DNA of 50,112 nt, filler included, from Basidioascus undulatus (taxonomy: Eukaryota), in the NCBI GenBank assembly GCA_000826855.1. It is 3 parts of 3 records of this genome, joined end to end, with 100 filler letters (N's around TTAATTAATTAA, not from the genome) between each part and the next. Parts side by side here need not be neighbours in the genome. Positions count along the whole stretch, not along the records: positions 1 to 16,660 come from JTLS01000574.1; 2 more parts are not named here. The stretch is one strand, 5' to 3'. This document shows, one piece after another, positions 1-13,136 of this stretch. The notes beneath the pieces were generated by a model, which was given only the letters and a program-made list of their open reading frames with translations, was not told the origin of the DNA and did no database searches. The position numbers were made by a program, and so were the translations under genes. Position 1 is the stretch's first letter. Each line of letters begins with the position of its first letter.

Positions 1-129
1 TAGCGCAAGCCCAAGGAGGTGGTGTTAATGCTGGTGGGGATGGAATAAGCTGGTGATGGATGGTGATGGTAAATTACTGAGGGAGTGCGCAGCTATTGCG
101 ACGCCGATTCCTCATCTCATCTCATGAAC

Positions 130-2545
130 AAATGAACGTCCTCGAAGCGGATGAGGCCTTCCACCTGGCCCGGTACGGAGGGAGCCCTCGGTCGACTGAG
201 CGTCGATCTCGGGCGTAGAGTCGATGATGCACAGGGCCGAGCGTGCCGCAATCTTACTTTTCGACATGTCGGGGGAGTACGCGAAGATCATGGAGACTCG
301 AGAGCGGCGAAGATGTCGCTCTGTGGGGAGGCCAGGATTCGTTAATAATGAGGTCGAATGCTCCTCGCAAGCAACGACGACGTGCCATGAGGACCTTTTG
401 CAGTCACAACCAGTTCGAAAGAAGCACAGTCAGAAGCCATTCAGCTTGTTACTCCCGAGTCAGAATGGAAACGCACGATGAAGTATTCTCTGGCGCAGTA
501 AAGAGGGGTCAGCGGAGCTCGCAAGCGGAAACGTACCCGGCAGATGAAATACTCACCTCGTAGAGAACTCGAACCGGCTCGGGAGTCGAGAACCGTACCA
601 AAACGCCAAGGCCAGCCTGCGCAACACGTCTTAAACGGCTGAAGACGAAGCGATAGAGTGGACAAAGGGGACGCACACAAGGTACTGCAGCCCTTGGCTG
701 ATCGTGTAGAATGCGCTGGACCATATGGCAAACCTCCTCTACATATGTACAATCTTGTCGAGGGCTGCGTTGTAGGCGTCGCAGCTGTGCTGCTTGCGCG
801 TAAGGGCAGCCACGGTCCGGACGTTCGCAGCGGCCTCGTTGGCCATTTCGCTTGTTTTGCTGTGGGCCGCCTTGCTCAGATCGTCTTTCAGCTCGATAAC
901 ATAGAGCTGGGAAATGCCAGAGAGTAAGGAGTATCGGGACACGGACCTGATAGATGCGGATGTAAGCGATACGTTCAGCGGCAAACATCCTGCTCCCAGA
1001 GTTACGCACGATGCTGACCACAGCGAGCTTCCAGCCGAAGCACAGCGCCACGATCATGCCGCCGACAAGGGTAAGGAGGTTTTGAAGGATAGGATAGGTC
1101 CCATGGTAACCGCGACGAAGCCTTTGATCTGGACAAAGGACGCAACTCAGAACCGGAAATCAGACCTGCAGTGCCCCGACAACATACTTTCTGCGACATG
1201 CTGCTCAGGTCGCTAGTCAGAGCGCCAGCCGAGTTCTCCCTTCTGTCGAAGAAACTAACGATTTTTTGTATAGAGAGTGGGTGCATCAGAAAACATCGTT
1301 TATGCGACGCTTGAAAACTCAGCCCACTCACGCAATATTTTGGCGAAGCATCGTGCAGAAGGTGAGGACAGCTGACCAAGCTCCCAGTATGCTGGTGGAT
1401 GCCGTCGGACGGGAAGACACACATGATGATCACCTTCGTTTCGAAGCTTGCTCCCCTCGTACTGGAAGGACTGGCACCACCGAAGACGATTCCAAGAACT
1501 GGGTATCCTGTGGGAATGAGACGCCAACAATGTCAGCATCCAAGAGCAAGAAGGCCAAACCATCCCGAGAGCAAAAACAACACTCGCCATGCCTGCACTC
1601 AGTCCTAAGTTAGCACACAATTTGGGATAGAGAAGTGGTGTAGACTTATCAAAAGCGATCGAGGCCACCAGAACGATGAGGTATAGCCGCCATTCAGAGC
1701 GGTTCATGGAGATCATGCGACGGAAGAGCGTCGGTATGGGATACTTGGTGGCGGCCTCGTCCGCAGAACGTTCGCGCTCGAACAGGCTGGAGAGTGCGGA
1801 GCGCGTACGTGCCAGCGGTTTTTCATCGGCAGCGACATCGGACTTCGAGTCAACGCTGGACGCCGCCTCGACTTTGACGCCGGGCGCGCTTCTGGCTTCT
1901 GAATGCTCTGCGCAGCGACCAGGCCGGCATAGACGCCGTTTGGGATGGCAAGGAGCTCGTTGTGGCGATCTTGCTCGCAGATAACGCCCTTGTCCATGAC
2001 GACAATGTTGTCGGCGTTCTGGGCGTTACGACGGTCAATGTTAATGCTGACTACAGCACCAAGAAGTAGAATGAAAGTCACTCACCTTGATAGTTGAGAG
2101 GCGATAGGCAATGGTAATGCAGGTACGGCCGGAAGCTGCGCGTCGAGCGCTCGCTGAACCAAAACTTCCGAGGTCGTGTCCAGAGCCGAGGTGGCCTCTG
2201 CAACCCCAAGCAACTGAGTACGGAAGCGACATGTGCAGGACAAAAACGACGAACCGTCGAGTAGCAGTATCTTGGGGTTGCTTACGATAGCGCGAGCAAT
2301 GGCAATATGTTGCTGTGGGACGGTTTTCAGCACCGAGCTGCGAACAAGGGGAAACGGCTATGCAAGTCTACCTTCTGACCTCCTGATAAGAGAAAGCCAG
2401 CTGACCCGACCTAGATAAGGGAGGCAAATGAGTAAGATGCAGAAACACAGTAAATTCAACGTACGTTCGTCTCGTAGCCGTCTGGCAAGGACCGAATGAA
2501 GCCGTCCGCGTTGGCAGTCGTGCAGGCTTCGACGACCAGCCGAGG
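130..2545 (-). pseudogene. Degenerate ABCB/MDR (P-glycoprotein-type) ABC transporter fragment
   Basis: Spliced fragments read VVEACTTANADGFIRSLPDGYETNV, the signature GFLLSGGQK (~2373-2410), [53 protein letters not shown]2 pieces (FFDRRENSAGALTSDLS; EAAANVRTVAALT; IFAYSPDMSKSK) and the start of NBD2 (GLIRFEDVH), which then stops. There are frameshifts (e.g. between LDA and SGRT at ~2140). No TMD1, NBD1 Walker A or complete NBD2 is recognisable. Confidence 0.85.
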
Positions 2546-3344
2546 CCACAACAGAACAGCAGCGAAGCGGGTGACTGCCCGCCACGAGAATGAATCACTC
2601 TCGAGCCTACCTGACATATATCCAATGATTGTACTATCACAAAATCTTCAGGGCCTTCCTGGTTTGATGGAGAAAGTTCGACTTGATTTGACTTTGCGGC
2701 GGGCATCGTGCAACAGCGAGTTCTTCATAGCGGGTGTAGAACAGGATAACTAGTCCGCACAGTGCAGGCAGGTGATTTCTGAGTATTCGCTCTAACGGGC
2801 GGCAGATTTTCTATTGAGACGCTATTAAGTTGCGTCGTCGCTGTTGAAGAGTTCATCAGTGCGGGTTGCCTGTGCACTGTACACTGTGCACGGGCAGCGT
2901 CTGGTGTCGTGTGCTGAAGAGAATATATGGGGGTTGGGTTTGGCGGACACTGACTCCTTCCCAAACTACAGGTAGAGAAAGACCCCTCTTTGTCGCACCT
3001 CGGACGGTGGAAGTGAACCCATACCCTGCGTTCAAAATGCCAGGGATTATTGACAGCTCGCTTGAGCTAGCCCGATGGTAATCGGAATGAATTATGTATG
3101 TTACCCAGTTCAGGCCGATGTTTTGGAAGGGCCGATATTTTGGAAGCGACGGGTTGCATTGTCGACGTCTTTATGTGACGGAGCCGGCTTCACACAGTTT
3201 GACGCCAGGATACAGTAGAGCCAACTCGCTATGTCCCCGACCCGCTCGCGGCACGGCATTCCTCGACCCGCTTCTGGGACCTTGAGCCACAACCTTGATC
3301 CCTATTTCCTACATTCATCTCCTAGCTCTTCGTCTCAAATTCCA

Positions 3345-6087
3345 ATGCAAAGCTCTCAGACCGCATCCGACGAATTCTACTCCCTTGCGTCCTGCATTGC
3401 CAACACTCCCAGCCCAGCTTCTGAATCCGCCGAGGCATCCTCGTCCTCGTCATGGCTTTTTAGCCGGACGGCGCCTTGGTCCAGACGGAAGGAAAAGGAG
3501 AAGGAGAAGGGAAAAGGAAAGGAGAGGGCGGTGGATGTGGGGTCTCCAACGACGGTGCATGCGCTTGTGCTCAGAGAGCTGCGTGTACTGTTTCCCGATG
3601 CAGGTGCGTCCGCCTCCTGTTGCCCCCCATCTCTTAAGCTCACCCCAGAACCTCCAGATCCGGCCTACTTGACACACGCACTCTCACACCACTCCCCTAC
3701 AACCCCCGCCGACCTCATCGCGCGCCTCTCGACCAAGCTGCGCGCCTCGCCGTACCCCACAGCGCTCTTCCATCCCTCCACAGGTGCAGTCGATGTCCGG
3801 CGTACAAAGAATAGGGACATCCTAGCCCTCTCCGAGTGTTTTCCCACCCTCGACGCCTCCTCGCTCAGGCGCACGGTGGACCAGCTCAAATGGGGCTGGG
3901 CCTGGGCCGGCGCGCGACAGATCCTCGCTGATCCACACCGTCCTCCTCCCAATCTCAATCCTCCGCCCCCGCGCCCCCTCACCCGATCAGATCTCCTCCG
4001 TCCCCCGACTTACCTCTCTCGTCTTTCTACGCACCTCGCTCAGGCATTCCCTTCCCTTCCGTCTTCCACACTCTCCGCCCTTGCGGCCGAGAGCGGCTAC
4101 GACCTCGCGGCGTGCATGGCCGCGTGCGAGCGCGAGGCGGCGCGGCGCGGATGGGTTGGGCACGTGTGGGGAGGGCTGAGGAGAAAGTTGGGCGGGCAGC
4201 CGGTGCTGGGTGAAGGTCGCCGAAGCGAGCAAGAGCTAGCCGTGGAGGAGGAACTTGCGGGCGAGGAGGAGTGGAAGTGGGAGTGGGCGAGGTGGAAGGC
4301 CCCTGAACGGGAGGAGCGGGAGAGGGAGCATGAGCGGCTGGCTAGGGCCCGTATTCTCCTCGCTGTCCTGTCAAGGTTTACGTGGGCTGACGGAGACGGG
4401 AGACGGACAGCTTCTCAACGAAGCGCAATACGCTTCCGAAGGCCAGCTCGTCGAGTGCGGCTGCTGCTTCTCCGACTGCGCGTTCGAGGACGTAGACGCC
4501 TGCACAGCAGGCCACATCTTCTGCCGGTCCGTCTTACTCTCCCCTCGTTTTCGCATCTCCCCACCACTTAACCCACTTCATCACCACAGAACCTGCATCT
4601 CCTCGCACCTCACCTCTCTACTCTACGGTGCAGGCTTGCCTCACGCCTCCACCTCCCTCCCCTGCATCGCCACCTCCACCCCGCCCTGCACCGCCCACTT
4701 CTCGCGCTCTACCCTCGAGCGCTGCGTGCCCCCCGACGTCCTGCACGCGTACGACCGCGCGCGCGCCGAGCGCGCCCTCCGCGCAGCAGGGGGCACGGTC
4801 GTTCGCTGCTCGTTCTGCGAGTATGGCGAATGGGTGGACGACCGTGCCGGTGGCGGGCTCGACGCACTTTGGCTTGGCGTTCCGCATGCCTGGGCAAAAA
4901 AGGGCGCGAGGTCCATCGCGGTTGAGCTTCTCTTTCGCGTGCTCGCCTCTCTCGCGCTCGTACTCTTCTACACAACATACCTCCTCCTCCTTTGCTTCTT
5001 CCCCACGCTCCTTCCCCCGCCTTCCGACCTGCCCCCACCAGCGAGCACCTCCCTCCTCTACCCGCTCATCGACCCCTTCTCCGCTCTCGCCTCCACAACC
5101 GCCCACCTCGTGTCCCTCCTCACCCTCCAGCGCCAGCGCCGGCACGGGACGGTCTTCCAATGCCAGAACGCGTCTGCTCCCACGCCGTCTCTCACGCAGG
5201 ACCCTGCCCTCCCCCCGCAGCAGGATGAGCTGGCATGCGGACGCCGCTCGTGCCTCCTCTGCGGGAAGGAGTGGCTCGGCCCCGGGCACACGTGCTTCGG
5301 CGCCGGTGCCGACGACGCGGAGGAAACGCTCAGACTGAGGGTTGAGAGGGCGATGGCGGACGCGGTCAAGCGGACGTGTCCGAAGTGCAGGACCGCTTTC
5401 GTCAAGACGGATGGGTGCAACAAGATGAGGTGTCCGTGCGGGTGCGTTAGGCTGTTCAACTCCTTCCTACTCACGCGTCAGTCGCTTACGTGGTGCATGC
5501 GGGTTGCGCAGGTACATCATGTGGTACGTCTACTGCGTCGTCTTTTTGCCACATTCTCGAACGCCGAGCCTCTGACCCTTGGACTTTCCTGAACAGCTAT
5601 GTCTGCCGCGAAGACATCGCGACCCAAGGCTACGGGCACTTCTGTCAGCACTTCCGCCCCATCCGTGCGCCTTCCTCTCCCCGTCCTATCCATCTTCTCC
5701 CTTGCGCGTCAACCTCACCCCACCTTACATCACCACGCACAGCCGGGTCCAAGTGCGACCGCTGCACAAAGTGCGACCTCTACCGCACCGAAGACGAGGA
5801 CCAAGGTCCGTTTCCACCCCATCATCCCTTCCCTCCATCTCAATCTCCATCTCCCCACCTCTCCCCATCTCCCCCCTCCCTGCACAGCCATCCGCGCCGC
5901 CGCCCTGCGCGCCAAAGCGGAGTGGCTCGCCGACCATCCAGAGCAAAAGCAGGCGCAAATGGCCCTGCACGATGTGGGCCCGCAGGACGCGGCCGCACGC
6001 GCGCGCAGGCGCGTTAGGGAGGGCGCGGACGGCGTGGCGGGAGCCATGTTGGGGGCGCTGGATGGATGGCTGGATCGGGTGCGATAG
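3345..6087 (+). CDS. RBR (RING1-IBR-RING2) E3 ubiquitin ligase, RNF216/TRIAD3-like, multi-exon
   Basis: RING1 ECGCCFSDCAFEDVDACTAGHIFCR...LPC...C; IBR RCSFCEY...CQN...CGRRSCLLC...HTC; RING2 RTCPKCRTAFVKTDGCNKMRCPCGYIMCYVC, using a 12-nt microexon at 5512-5523; then YGHFCQHF...CDRCTKCDLY. The N-terminus has CUE-like FP repeats. The start ATG at 3345 is inferred; the stop is TAG at 6085-6087. Confidence 0.88.
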
Positions 6088-7611
6088 CGGATCGAGGAAA
6101 GTTCTTCTTGGTCGTTGCCACTGTCGGCTGGGTCCCAGGTGGGTATGCTGCAATTCGCCAGTTTCTTCTCCTTTCTGTAGCATCAAGCAGCTGTCATGAC
6201 ATGAACGCACTCCCTTTGACTGCCGAGCCTCACTCTCTTTCGCATCGGTACTCAAAACAATTCTCACGAAGCTGAATACAAAGCAATGTGCACGCCGCCC
6301 TGTCCGGCGGCGTCTCGCATCGTCGATGTGGGCATGCCGTTCTCGACCCGAACCTCCCGAAACATGAAGTAGACCTTCTTGCTTTCTCGAACATAAAAGC
6401 AACAAGCGATGCCAGACACAAGCTAAGCGCACCCCTCGAGCCCATTGTGTAGGTCAGTACTGCAGAGGAGCGTAGCAGCAGAACCTGAGGCGATTGAGCT
6501 CAACGTGCCTCACCGAGGATGATCCTGGTCTTTGTCGTCCTAATAATGCGAACTTCAGGGTTCTGATAGACATGCTCTGGTATTTGAGGCTAAGGCACGT
6601 TGTTGAACAAAGGGCGGTCCCAGAGCTGGAAGTACTGACCTTCAAGCACGAAACACTGTCGCGTTCATTCGAACACAACCAGACTGTGATCATGCACCCT
6701 CTTAGTTACATTTACCAGAATGGCCACATAAATTCGCGTAACTCTCGAAGGGAACGGTAGGGGAAACATGCTTGCACTTGCTTGCGTACGGACGACCTGA
6801 GCCCACAAAGCTCCCAAGTCATGAAGCGCAGATTCTATAACTTCGAAACTCATCAACACAAGACAGAGATTGAGCCGGAAACTTGCATACACAGCCGCAC
6901 TGCTACGGTCGGAGCTGCTCATCATCGCACGTTCTTCATGAAACCCGGCGGTGGGAGACACTTTGCAGGCCAAAAGAACCTCTCCGGTGGGTCCCTAAAA
7001 ATCATCCTCACCAATTTAAGGTTGCCCATTAAATCTTTACTTGTGGGAGTCATAGGTTTCCGCCGAGAACGTGAGGACACTACTGCACGCTCGCGTTTGT
7101 CGGCTTGAGGAGCGAGGCCGAGCGTCTCCATCACCTCGAGGACTGTTTCTGACTGAACAAACTTAATGGGCACTTTCCTCCATTCTTACTTACCAAGATT
7201 GTTATTGCACGCCAAGGCTTCCGAAAACTTCCAGATTGCACAGCGGTGTCGCGCTGCACGACGTGCACAGGGCGTTACGCGCTGCTCATCAGGGAACTGT
7301 CTTTCGAAGCTCCTTGCCAACACGACTTACACTTCATCCTGACAGTGTCTCTCGCTCGATTCCTCAACTGCTATGTACAAGCGACGACGAAGGTTACGAT
7401 GCCCCCCCAAGCCGCTTGTTGTTACCCAAGCGGCAGAAGGTCACTCGGCGGTCCGTCTTCAATGGCTCATAGACTTCATCGCGCATTTACTGAAGCCCTC
7501 ACGCTGAACAATTATCAGTGCAATTTATGCAGGTATGTAGAATACCATGGCCATTTAGGGCGGCCGAATCCGAACATTGAAGCCGAACAAGGTGGGAATG
7601 GATTCACTGCA

Positions 7612-10275
7612 GGGCGAAGAAAAGTCAAGTACGCTTCTGTCTTGTACACGTCTGGTGATAAGGTAGAAGACGCTCACCTCTGTACCGTGTTATCCTGCAG
7701 ATGCAACGGTCCCAGCAAACTAATCGGTCAGCGCTGCAGTAACTGCGCTATGGCCGGTATCGACATACCTGTGCGTCCAGTCGAACCATGATACCTTCCT
7801 CCTCACAGAGCTTTCCACTAACCACTTATCAAACTGATGCTCCGTTTGCCAGATGTCGAAGCAGCCAAGCGGCGCGGACCGCCTAGAGGGTACCTCGAGA
7901 GTCTAGAAAACCGGATGGCGCGCATGGAAGCGCTTCTTGAAGCGATTCGTCCGTTTGTTCATCCCGCTCCCAGTCTTTGCGCTGACGTCCGGTACCCATC
8001 CCGTTAGCTACTTTACGACCGAGATTGGTCTCCCAGTCCGCCGGGACACCTTCAGCTTCGGAAGCGTGCCTTCTGGTATGCCCTCCTTTCTTTACTGACA
8101 GATATACGAGTCTTACGTTTCCACAGGAGCTTGTGCATTCTCGATCGTAACGCGAGTGCAGCGTTTGGTCGACCTTGCACTTTGTGCGAGGAGGAGTACG
8201 TGGTGTATCTTGTACTGTTTCAATTTCGAACTCTTCAAACATTTGATATGACTTTATTTCTGCAGCTTCGACATCGACTTTCTCAACCCCTTGCCGGACG
8301 AGGTTGGGACGCCGGCCGAGACCTCCGTCGCGTTCGTAAACTGCTTCATTCGGCTCAGCGGCATCTGGGGGAGGTCCTGCACATGATCGTGCGTAGAAGC
8401 AGTGCCATCGCTTACCAGGGTTCAAATATGTCACTTTTTCATCGTAAATACAGTATCGATGAAGAAGAACGGCTCGTCAGAACAACGAGCAAAGAACGTG
8501 GCGGCACTGGACTCGAAGCTGAACGGCTGGCTTGAGAGTGTGCCGGAAGGGTCTTGAAACTTCCCACCCCCTTAACCGCCAGTGCTGATATTGGACATAC
8601 ACGCAGTTAAATGGGATTGTAAGTGTATTCCACGACATCACAGGGTCCACAACTGATACCGAACCCGGCTGTTCAGAACAGCTCATCGGGAAGATCCCCT
8701 CACATTTACGCAAATGCGCTTCTTGCAGGCGGCGTACTATAACCTACAGGTACCCTATGAAGTGTATCAATACACAAAACATTGCTTTAGAAACCCAAAC
8801 TGGATTTACAGATCTACATCCATCGCGCCTTCATTCTCACGTCACGCCGACCGTCGGCCACACGCTTCCCTTCTCTCGCAGTCTGTACCAACGCTGCGCG
8901 TTCAATGGCCCAGGTCATCGACCTCTACTCAAGGCAATGCCTGCGTGGCTCCTCCCGCGACATGATGATGCTTACCCACGTGCGTTACCTTTCTGCAGCC
9001 GAGTACTTGCAGGCTTTGCTGATCCGCCTGGCGCTTTGCAAAGGCTTTCAAGGCCGCGATCATTCTACTCATCAGAGCTTGGGCCGACAAGAAGAACAGA
9101 GTCGTATCTAAAACTCCTCAGTTCCAAATTAAGGGTGCGTGCAACCGCTTTCTGGTCCCGACAGCGTTGTTGGCTAGCCGCTGAAATTAGCTACAGAGCT
9201 CGCCAGTTGCATACAGTACATCCACTCGCTCGAGAACGACTTTTGGCTTTCCGGGAAGCTCTGGTACCATTTTTAAGCTACAGTGGTCTCCTCCTTGTTA
9301 TTCACTTGGACTCTTCATCAGGGACGTCCTCAGCGAGCTCGCACACGTCAGCAAGCTGCCGCTTTCTGTCCCCATCCGACCTATCGAGCTGGAGGTTGGC
9401 TTCGAGCCCGGCTACCGCATCCCCGGACGTCTTCTTCCGCTGGCTGGGCCAACAGCCAACGTTCCCGCCCGAGCCGCTCGTCCCGGTGTTCGCGATGGGC
9501 AGCAGTCACCGCCGCGTCAAACTGGTCCGCTCAGCCTGGAGGAGCGCGCCTCGGGGATTGAGCTCCTTCCCATGTCCACTATCTCGGTAGCTTTCTTTTT
9601 CCTGGCAGCGAGTCGCCGCCGCCGCCGCTTCAGGCCGTCATGCTGCCGCCGCCGCCTCTCCCCTCTTTCGATCGTGACCCTCACTTCGGCGCAGGTAGTA
9701 CTCAAGACACGGCTTTCCAGCCTGAGTGGTCCCAAACCTTGATGGTGCGTGGCTTCCGTCCACTTGTCCAGTCGGTGGAACGACTCGGGCGTTCCGCCGC
9801 TCGGCGTCGTCCCACACAGCATTCAGCCGTCCCATCCGACCGACCTCTATTCCTTGATACCAGCGCCTCGACCTCTCCCTCGCACAACACAGCCAGCTAT
9901 GTACGGGCCCACCGAAACTCAGCCACCTGTCCCCTCGACTGCGTGGCCGACTCCTGCGGCGAGACCTGCCGTGCCCGGGATCCACGGTTCGGTTAACGAT
10001 TTGTGGTCCCTTGTTTCCTCTCTCACCGCTAACCGAAGGTGAGTTTTATTGTGTTCCCTTTTCATGACCGTGCTGATCCTACCCTTCCCTTTCCCCTACG
10101 CAGCACGAACGAGTGGCCAGCTTCCTCACCAACTTCAACGCCTCGTCTCCCGTACCGTCCACTCCCCATACTCCGCCCGGCACCGGACCATCGCCCCCCC
10201 AGCATAGGTGACCGGACGTTTCATCCAAGAGAAATATATACCTTTCCGGCCCCGTCCTCGTCCCTGTATATATAG
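7612..10275 (+). pseudogene. Decayed Zn(II)2Cys6 fungal transcription factor
   Basis: Partial zinc cluster RRK..RCNGPSKLIGQRCSNCAMAGID lacks the first Cys pair and the last Cys. It is followed by the linker/dimerisation motif VEAAKRRGPPRGYLESLENRMARMEALLE (7855-7944). Later fragments (LNGWLESVPE, YYNLQ, PSLAVCTNAARS) resemble the Fungal_trans C-terminal region. A mutated donor (ATTCGT at ~7945), frame breaks and a missing middle region indicate decay. The ends are approximate. Confidence 0.72.
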
Positions 10276-11012
10276 GCCGTCCTTCAAATGCTGCTGTTGT
10301 TGAAGCCCAATTACATCTCTGCTTTTGCTCTGTCATGCGTTGACGCTCGCTATCGTCCTTTATTTTCTGCCACTAGCGGCCCTTCCGAAACCCTGAAAGT
10401 ACAGAATCCCGGCTAACCTCACCGGTAACAAGAGTTGTGTAAGCAGTACTTCAGTTGCATGATTAGCGGCGCATTGCACCCTCGAGCAACGATGCCCATT
10501 ACCAAGAAATTCAATGTATTGCGTTGCCTAGCTAAAGATCATCATATAATTAGTCTGTTCCTTATTATATCTCCAGTTCAGACGTAATACATGTAAAACG
10601 CCCAGAGTCGAGAGCTGCTGGATTAGGGTGAGCCCTCGTTCGGCACTGGCCACTTTTCCTATTCGCTGCCGCTCGCTCCCAAAAGTGTAAGAGCAAGCGG
10701 GGGTATTATTATCGCAAAAGTATCAGAAAGCGGCTGCGCTCTTGATGCGGCAAGGAGAAGCGGTTGTTGGACGCTGCGTCCGCTCCCTGTGCGCCTGCAC
10801 GCTTGACGCGTGACATGTGAATGTGCCAGCTGCCCAATCGCAAGCGGTCGTGCCCAATGCGAGTCCGTCCCTGCATCTTGCTTTCGCACCATCATCATCC
10901 TGCCATCCACCAACGAGCCCCAGGCAGAAATAAATATTCGACTCTCGACTACATCCACCCGCCACATCAGCAAAACCCCCCGACGCTCCCCCTCGCGCCT
11001 ACTCACCCGTTC

Positions 11013-13136
11013 ATGTCCTCCTTCCCATCTCACCCCGAGCTCGCGCGTCGCACATCCATCCCGAACCGCTCCCCCGTCCGCCATGCCTCTCCGCCCCACG
11101 CCGCGCCGCTCGCGATCCCGGGAAGACGGGGTAGTACGAGCATGCCCCGTCGCGAGAGCAGCCTCAGCCTCAGCCATTCCGCGAGCTTCGAGAACAAGGG
11201 TGCGCAGTGGGCAAGCCCGGGCTCGCCGGGCGTGCCCGGGAAAGATGGAGGCATTGGGAACTGGACGGAATGGGCTGGAGGAGTGACTGCAAAAGGTGAG
11301 CATTCTTGATCTGTGGTGGTGTTGATTGCGCACATGCGTCTCCGCTTGGCGGCCCAGGAGCTTAGGCCGGGCACGAAGCGCTGCGATTGAGCGCTTGACT
11401 TTGAATCTGGATCGTGATTAGATGTGAAATAACCTTTCAGAGAGGACCTTTCCGTCTCATGCAAATGCCCAGAGCTTCGGAAGATGGATTCCCCCATGGC
11501 ATTACTGTACGACGCCTGCATCTGCGCATTTCTCTGATCTTCGCACGCCCTTTCACAGACCTTCTTTCGACCTCCGCCTCCCCGCACATCACCCTACCGC
11601 CGGACACGCCTGTCGAGCGAGCATGCGAGCTTATGGCATCCAATGATGTGTCGTGCATCGCCGTCGCTGCCCCCGCTGCCAGCGGCAACTTTCCGCCGGA
11701 TCCCTGGCGCACGGCGGCACCGTCGACAACCTACTACGGGCTCTTTGATGTGCGTTTCGAACCTTTCAAACAAGGTGCATACCGTTTTGAATGACATTTA
11801 TTGCACAGTACGCCGACATGAATGCGCTCTTGCTGATCATCCTGGACGCGCACAACTCCGCGTTGGCGAATGACAACCCTCGCGTTGTACGGACATACAA
11901 TCGCTTCCTACATTCGATTGAACCTGATGGAATGAAATCTCAGGCACAAATCGTCTCCATCGTGCGGAAAGGCGGCTCTGTCCCCGTCCGGATGGCATGC
12001 GGTGCGACTTTTGTCTTCGGCCCCTTTCCTCTCCATGTAGCTGACACAATTTCCAACAGACATCTCCGGCAAGAACCCCCTAGTAACATTGCATCACAGC
12101 ACACCTGTTCTGCAAATCCTCGAATTGTTGGCGAGTGGGACTCACCGAGGTGTGTCCTGCCCTTGCGTCTTCCTTGAAAGGGAGGCGACTGACAACGCGA
12201 CATGTTGCAGTTCTCATCACTGGCGAAGTCGAAGGCATTATCTCGGACAGGCGTATGACACGCTGGTTCCAAGAGAACGTTAGTATCCCATCATATCATC
12301 GGTGGCAGCATGCGTCTGACGCTCGACCATCCCATCAGGCCGCGCACATCTCGCCTCTTCCCCCGCTCTTGCACTCGCCTCTCTACTCCCTGCTCCCGCA
12401 GCCGTCCCCGCTTGTCTCGCTCGTTTCAACCGAGACGGTGCTCGAGTGCATGCGCACGCTCTCGTCCGAGGGCGTCTCCTCCCTCGCCGTGCTCGAGCCG
12501 TCCACGTTCACGCTCATCGCCGCCGTGAGTGTCATCGACATCGGCAAGTACGTCGTGCCGAGCGCGGACAAGAACATTCTCGGATGGAAGCTCCACGACT
12601 TTGTGAGCTTCATGCGGAGCGAGGAGGGCTTGCGGGACGGGAAGGACCGGTACCCGAGTGCGTATTCACCCCAGAGCCTGCAGCCGCTGCGTTTCAATTT
12701 CAACTGATTCGTTCGTTCTCGAATAGTCTTCACCGTCTCGCCCAGGTCAACTCTCGACTTCACCATTTCCAAGCTGCTCGCTACCAACGCGCACCGCGTC
12801 TTCCTTCTCCCGCCGGGCCCGACCATCCCGCACTCTCCGTCCTCGTCCCTCTCCTCCTCCCAGCAGGGCAGCAGCGCCCTCGCCGACCCGTCCACAGTTC
12901 AGGGCGTCGTCTCGATCGCGGATCTGCTCTCCATCTTTGCCCGCGCGGGTGGCATCGCCGACATCGACCCGGGCCGCATGCGTCGCCGCCGCCGCGCGAG
13001 CAGCAGCGCGAGCAGCAGCGCCCGCAGCAGCATCAGCGGCAGCCTCGGCTCGGCCACGCAGACCAGCAGCGCCGCGCCGAGCGACGCCGGCGGCCTCAGC
13101 AGCAGCACTGGCAAGCTCAGCAGGGCGCTGCCGTGA
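11013..13136 (+). CDS. SDS23: Sds23/Sds24/Moc1-like CBS-domain protein, multi-exon
   Basis: Spliced product has ITLPPDTPVERACELM, YGLFD|YADMNALLL, GIISDRRMTRWF, MRTLSSEGVSSLAVLE, AVSVIDIGKYV, GKDRYP|VFTV, KLLATNAHRVF and GVVSIADLLSIFAR, the hallmark segments of Sds23 CBS pairs. Stop TGA at 13134-13136. Confidence 0.82.

Noticed and set aside
6450..7480. Short ORFs with LRR-like words (VPELEVLTF, NLRLPIKSL)
   Set aside because: Too fragmentary to support even a pseudogene call without a homology search.
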